Assembly (NCBI RefSeq): GCF_001194135.2
Contig: NC_069002.1
Span: 17,159,359 to 17,213,549 of the forward strand
DNA length: 54,191 bases
Direction: 5' to 3'
Source: Octopus bimaculoides
Lineage: Eukaryota
The notes below the pieces were generated by a model. That model saw nothing but the letters and a program-made list of their open reading frames with translations. It did no database searches and was not told where the DNA came from. Each line of letters opens with the position of its first letter. Positions within the stretch are counted from its first letter, which is position 1. Shown one piece after another: positions 49,634 to 54,191 of the stretch. Both the position numbers and the translations under genes were made by a program.

Positions 49634-50401
49634 AGCTTTTCGATCCTGTTCAGAAAGTCAAGGTTTCTTTCTTTTTCTTTTTATTATATAATTTATAACG
49701 CGTTACTTTCAATTAAAAGAAGATATTTCTTCACTTATGCACAAACGCATACAAGCACACACAAGACACTCACACACAAAGAATATTTTTCTATCTATCT
49801 CTCTCCTTTTTCTGTCATGCATGCGCACGAGCAGATTATCCAGATAGATAGATAGATACACTTATTGCTTCTCTCCCAAGAATGCACTGATTATATATGG
49901 ATCCTGTATGAATTAAAGCACTTCTTGGAATGTGCGTTTCCGATAACAATCCAAGTCGGGAATAAAGCTAAACACGCAAACGTGCTTATACAAACATACC
50001 AACATTTTATATATACACATATATATATATATATAATGCGACTAGAGTGGATTTTTTTTATAGCATAAACTATATAATTATGCACGTGTATATAAATGTT
50101 TCGAATATTTAAAAATCAATATAGACATTTGGTCACAAGAGTTTCCATATTATATTACGTTACGAGGAAAGCATACGCTCTTGCCATGCTGCAGATTACT
50201 TAAAATTAGAAAATTAGAGTACATAAACAGAAAACGCGAATACGAAGTGGTGGCTTCCTCTCAGTGGTACATATTTAATCGTGTCACGTGATAAAACTTG
50301 GCTATGCGCCTTTAGTGACACACACACACACGAAACGAAAATGAGCTAAGCGAAGCAACTCGGGGTGGTAAGATAAATAAATGTGTATAAGCAGGGAAGG
50401 A

Positions 50402-50435
<34 letters not shown>

Positions 50436-50439
50436 TCAT

Positions 50440-51560
50440 CCAGCTGCATGAAAACCAGGATCAAATCAGATACAACGTTGTTTCTAAGATTTTACCTATC
50501 GGCAACGGTTAAAGCAAGACTATCTTTGCGCATTCCCTTTTCACCATTTTCTTCACTGTTGAAGACAGCATTTATTTCCGTTCCCGTATTACTGGCAGCC
50601 TTTTCAACCCGAGGCGCCAGCAAGTTCCTACCAAAACACTGGAACAATTCATCCATGGATTACTCTTTGCAGACGATGCCGCGCTTCTTGCCCGTGCAAA
50701 GACAGTTCTGCAACGCATCACCTTTTGCTTTGCAGAAGTTTCTCGGCACTTTGGCCTAGTAGTCAGTTTTCCATCAACCTGCACACGGCAATAATACTGC
50801 TTCCCTCACAACGCCATCGATGAAACTGAACTAAATACAATCAACGATTTTACCGACTTATGGCGCACCATTACATCAGATGGCAACATCGACAGGGAAG
50901 TTGACAAGAAACTGGCGAAGGTAAATGGTGTATTCGGTAGATGTACAAAAGAGTCTGGAACAATAGCCATCTGAAGACATTGCGTCAGGATCAGTGTATG
51001 CAGAGTCGTCATGCTGAACACCCTATGTACAGTTCAGAGTGGTCGGTCATCGATCAGGATCACCTAAGAGATACATTCAGTACTGTCATCACATCAGCCT
51101 CACTATCCTGTGGAGTGATTTTGTCGCTAACGTCGAGGTCCTAGAGCCGGTGAGAGTCACCAGCATTTAAGCAACTCTGTTGAAGACACGTTACCAGGAA
51201 GGAGGATCATCGATTTCTCAAGATCAGCTTTATGGAGAATTCTCCCCTGATCATCTTGATAAAGAAGTCTGAAAGATATTTGAGGACTCCATAAAGAAAT
51301 CCTTCAGCACTTGTCACGTTGATCTCCACCCGTGATCTGTTCTTGTCGCTGACTGTGAAGTCTGGCGTCTCACTGTCCTCCGGGCAACAGCCTCTTTTAG
51401 AGATACCCGCAGGACCATCCTTGCAGACAAGAGAAAGAGAGAGAACAAGGACGTTGCGAGCAACCCTGATCAGCACATTTTCCTCTGCGGCCTCTGCAGT
51501 TGTGCTTGTTTGTCCCGAATAGGATTGGTCAGCCATCATTAAGCCTGCAACAGACATGAA
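50440..51560 (+). pseudogene. RTE (BovB-like) RT and C-terminal fragment
   Basis: LLFADDAALLA at 50660-50692, TITSDGNIDREVDKKLAK, and a C-terminal Cys/His remnant (...RIGLVSH). Confidence 0.75.
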
Positions 51561-53062
51561 TATCCTTCTCTGTAAATATTCACTCTTGAAGAGAAACCAA
51601 ATGTAACTGATGGGTGCAGTTTATTTTCAAACAATGCCATTGCTTGATTGTTCTCTTAAAACAGCATGGATGTGGCTTTTCAACCATGCTAGGGACTTAC
51701 ACTCTTTCGCACAAGTGTGGAAACGACGTTGTGCCTCTTCCAGCAAATGCTCAGAGAGCTTACCACCCACGCTAACATACACCTTCATTGAGTAATGGAA
51801 TTTTTCATTAAATCTTTTACCTTTTTCGATTACGGCCAGTCAAAGTATGCAACACATAATACAGATGTTAAAACTTAAGTGATATCTGTGTCTGAAGCTT
51901 TCGTTAAGTGAAGGAAATCCTCGCACAGGGCCAGTCTCACTTCGCATACATTTGCTTATAAAAATAACTATTCTACATTATAGGATGTAAACGAAGTCGC
52001 AGGTGCTACATTAGAGTTTTCCTTCTCCTAGCTACTTACTTCATCATATAGCATTCCCCATTTTTATTAATTCTTTCCTAATTTTGGCACGAGGCGAGAA
52101 ATTTTGAGGGGAAGTGGCAAGTTGATTACATTGACCTCAGTACGTAACTGGTACTTATTTTATCGACTCCGGAGAGCTGAAAGGCAAAGTTGACCCTGGT
52201 AGAATTTGGATTCGACGTAACAAGTCGGAAGGAATACTAAGCATTTTATCCGACGTACTTATGATTCTACTAACTCGCTGCCTTCCCCACTTTTATTAAT
52301 GAGGAGATAAATTGAATTTGCCTCCATATAATTCTTTTCGCCATGAGGTTGGGCAAACTTTAATAGCTGAAAACCATCTTAATTTTATTAAACCTGGCCG
52401 GTTGACCATAAATTCTCAATCTTCACAGTTCCTCCACTCCCGCTCATATTGAGGATGTGACCACCTCTTTCTTCACAGAAATACTGAGCTGCTCGATAAA
52501 ATCTCTCATCGACTAGCCGTTGATGATATCTTAGACAGGAGTATATATGCGTGCGCGTGGGAAAGACAGAGAGACTGCATGCATGTGTACGTATACTTGT
52601 ACACGCACACACACTCAGATGAAAAGAGATAGAGAGACAGAGAGGACACCTGAAAATGGTTGGACAAAATGCGAAACGAAATTAATTATAAATCCATAAA
52701 ATGTCATCTACTATATCACTTTTAATTAGCCTAACGAATTCCTATTAGTTTAATGAGAATGTACATTAAAAGGGACGCGACATCCATCGGAAAAGTTATT
52801 CGTAAGTATTGATTGATTTCCAAGGAAATCTATGGAAATTACTTGAAACTCCAAATTCCCGTAGTTGTTAATGTTTACCTGTGGATCAGTCTTGGTCGAG
52901 CAGGCATACGATCAAATATGTTTCAATCATGACCATCTCTTTTTTTTTTAATCATACTATATCTAGAAATATAGGGAGAATTCAAAAAAAAAAAAAAGAC
53001 GAAAACAGGTGGTGTAGACAACAAACAGATGTATTAGTATAACGCTCGGGAATTGAAAAAGT

Positions 53063-53098
53063 CTTTAACGTTTCGAGCCTACGCTCTTCCACAGAAAG
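53063..53098 (-). ncRNA. Degenerate minimal hammerhead-like motif
   Basis: Minus strand CTTT-CTGTGGA-A-GAGC GTAG GCTC-GAAA-CG-TT-AAAG; core has A6 replaced by U. Confidence 0.4.
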
Positions 53099-53693
53099 GA
53101 ACACAGAAAGAAACAAGCAGAGAAAAAAATGTGTGTAGTGGATAGCGATCTATCATCTTGAAATACATGTTTTCGTTGTGTATCTTTTTATTTTTTTAGA
53201 TGGTAGTGTGAGAATTTGCGGGTGATTTAGCTACTACATTTTGCAAGCAGCTGGTGCGACAATATGGAATTTTTCTTCATTGACTCGATCTTCCGAAGTT
53301 GTTGCTGTTTAGCCGTTTGTCAGTCCTGATCGAGTAGAATTATGATCGGGGTCATTACCTAAGTGAATATTCAATGAGCTTCATCTTTTTTTTTTTCAAC
53401 ATCATGTATCTGGGACCACATTAACTGATGTGTTATCCCTTCTCCACTTTTAAGACGATAATGTATGATTTGATTGTTATTTCTTGCAGATTTTAACGAT
53501 TGCAGTGCACTTCACTTGTTGGCTGACCCAGCAGACCTATAATGAAAGCCAGGCTAGCCACAACCATCCCGTTTCTTGTATATCTAAGACCACACTGTCC
53601 AATACGTCCTTTCTGGTTTGAGGGGGTAGGGTGTGATTTGAGATAGATTTGATGGATATTGCTAACAGATCCAACGACTACGCAGAATTATAA

Positions 53694-54060
53694 GTGGAAC
53701 TCCGTCGGTTACGATGACGACGGTCCTATTTGATCCGATCAACAGAACAGCCTGCTCGTGAAATGAACGTGCAAGAGGCTGAGCACTCTACAGATACGTG
53801 TACCCTTAACGTAGTTCTCGGGGAGATTCAGCATGACACAGTATGACAAGGCTGGCCCTTTGAAATTCAGGTACAACAGAAACAGGAAGAAAGAGGGAGA
53901 GGAAGTTGTGGTGAAAGAATACAGTAGGGTTCGCCACCATCCACTGCCGGAGCCTCGTGGAGCTTTAGGTGTTTTCGCTCAATAAACACTCACAACGCCC
54001 GGTCTGGGAATCGAAACCACGAGTCCGCTGCCCTAACCACTGGGCCATTGCGCCTCCACT
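53694..54060 (-). mobile_element. tRNA-derived SINE family A, more diverged copy with a short deletion in the head
   Basis: Same body as the other copies; lacks about 14 bp (GATCCTATGACCGC) of the tRNA-like head. Confidence 0.85.
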
Positions 54061-54191
54061 CTTGAATTATATAATCGATTATATCCTTTTCTTTTTAAGA
54101 AGACGGTGTGATTTGAAAGAGAATAAGCTGCTATTTCTAGCAGATCAAACAATAGCGGCTTGCTAGTGAGCTCGTGACAGAAAAGTAGCAT

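Overview
AT-rich, gapped eukaryotic scaffold, most likely octopus (inferred from the SINE families, microsatellite load and gene content). Two spliced host genes lie on the minus strand, and the ORF track misses most of their exons. (1) A complete 7-exon ACBD6 gene (acyl-CoA-binding domain plus ankyrin repeats; CDS 49633->30230, 255 aa), rebuilt by hand with GT-AG ends and consistent phases. (2) The 5' part of an inosine-uridine-preferring nucleoside hydrolase (DTDPGIDD exon 2237->2057), with two phase-compatible upstream exons: ATG-GG at 13802-13798 and a 90-nt exon at 7750-7661 encoding an Arg-rich, mitochondrial-presequence-like peptide. The rest is decayed transposons (mariner x2, hAT, pogo/Tigger, Helitron, Gypsy, L1/Tx1, RTE, CR1-like and RLE-type LINEs), tRNA-derived SINEs, TIR mini-elements (two carrying TTAGGG) and three hammerhead-ribozyme-like motifs. 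No CRISPR array, rRNA or true tRNA gene was seen. Family names come from recalled motifs, not database searches.
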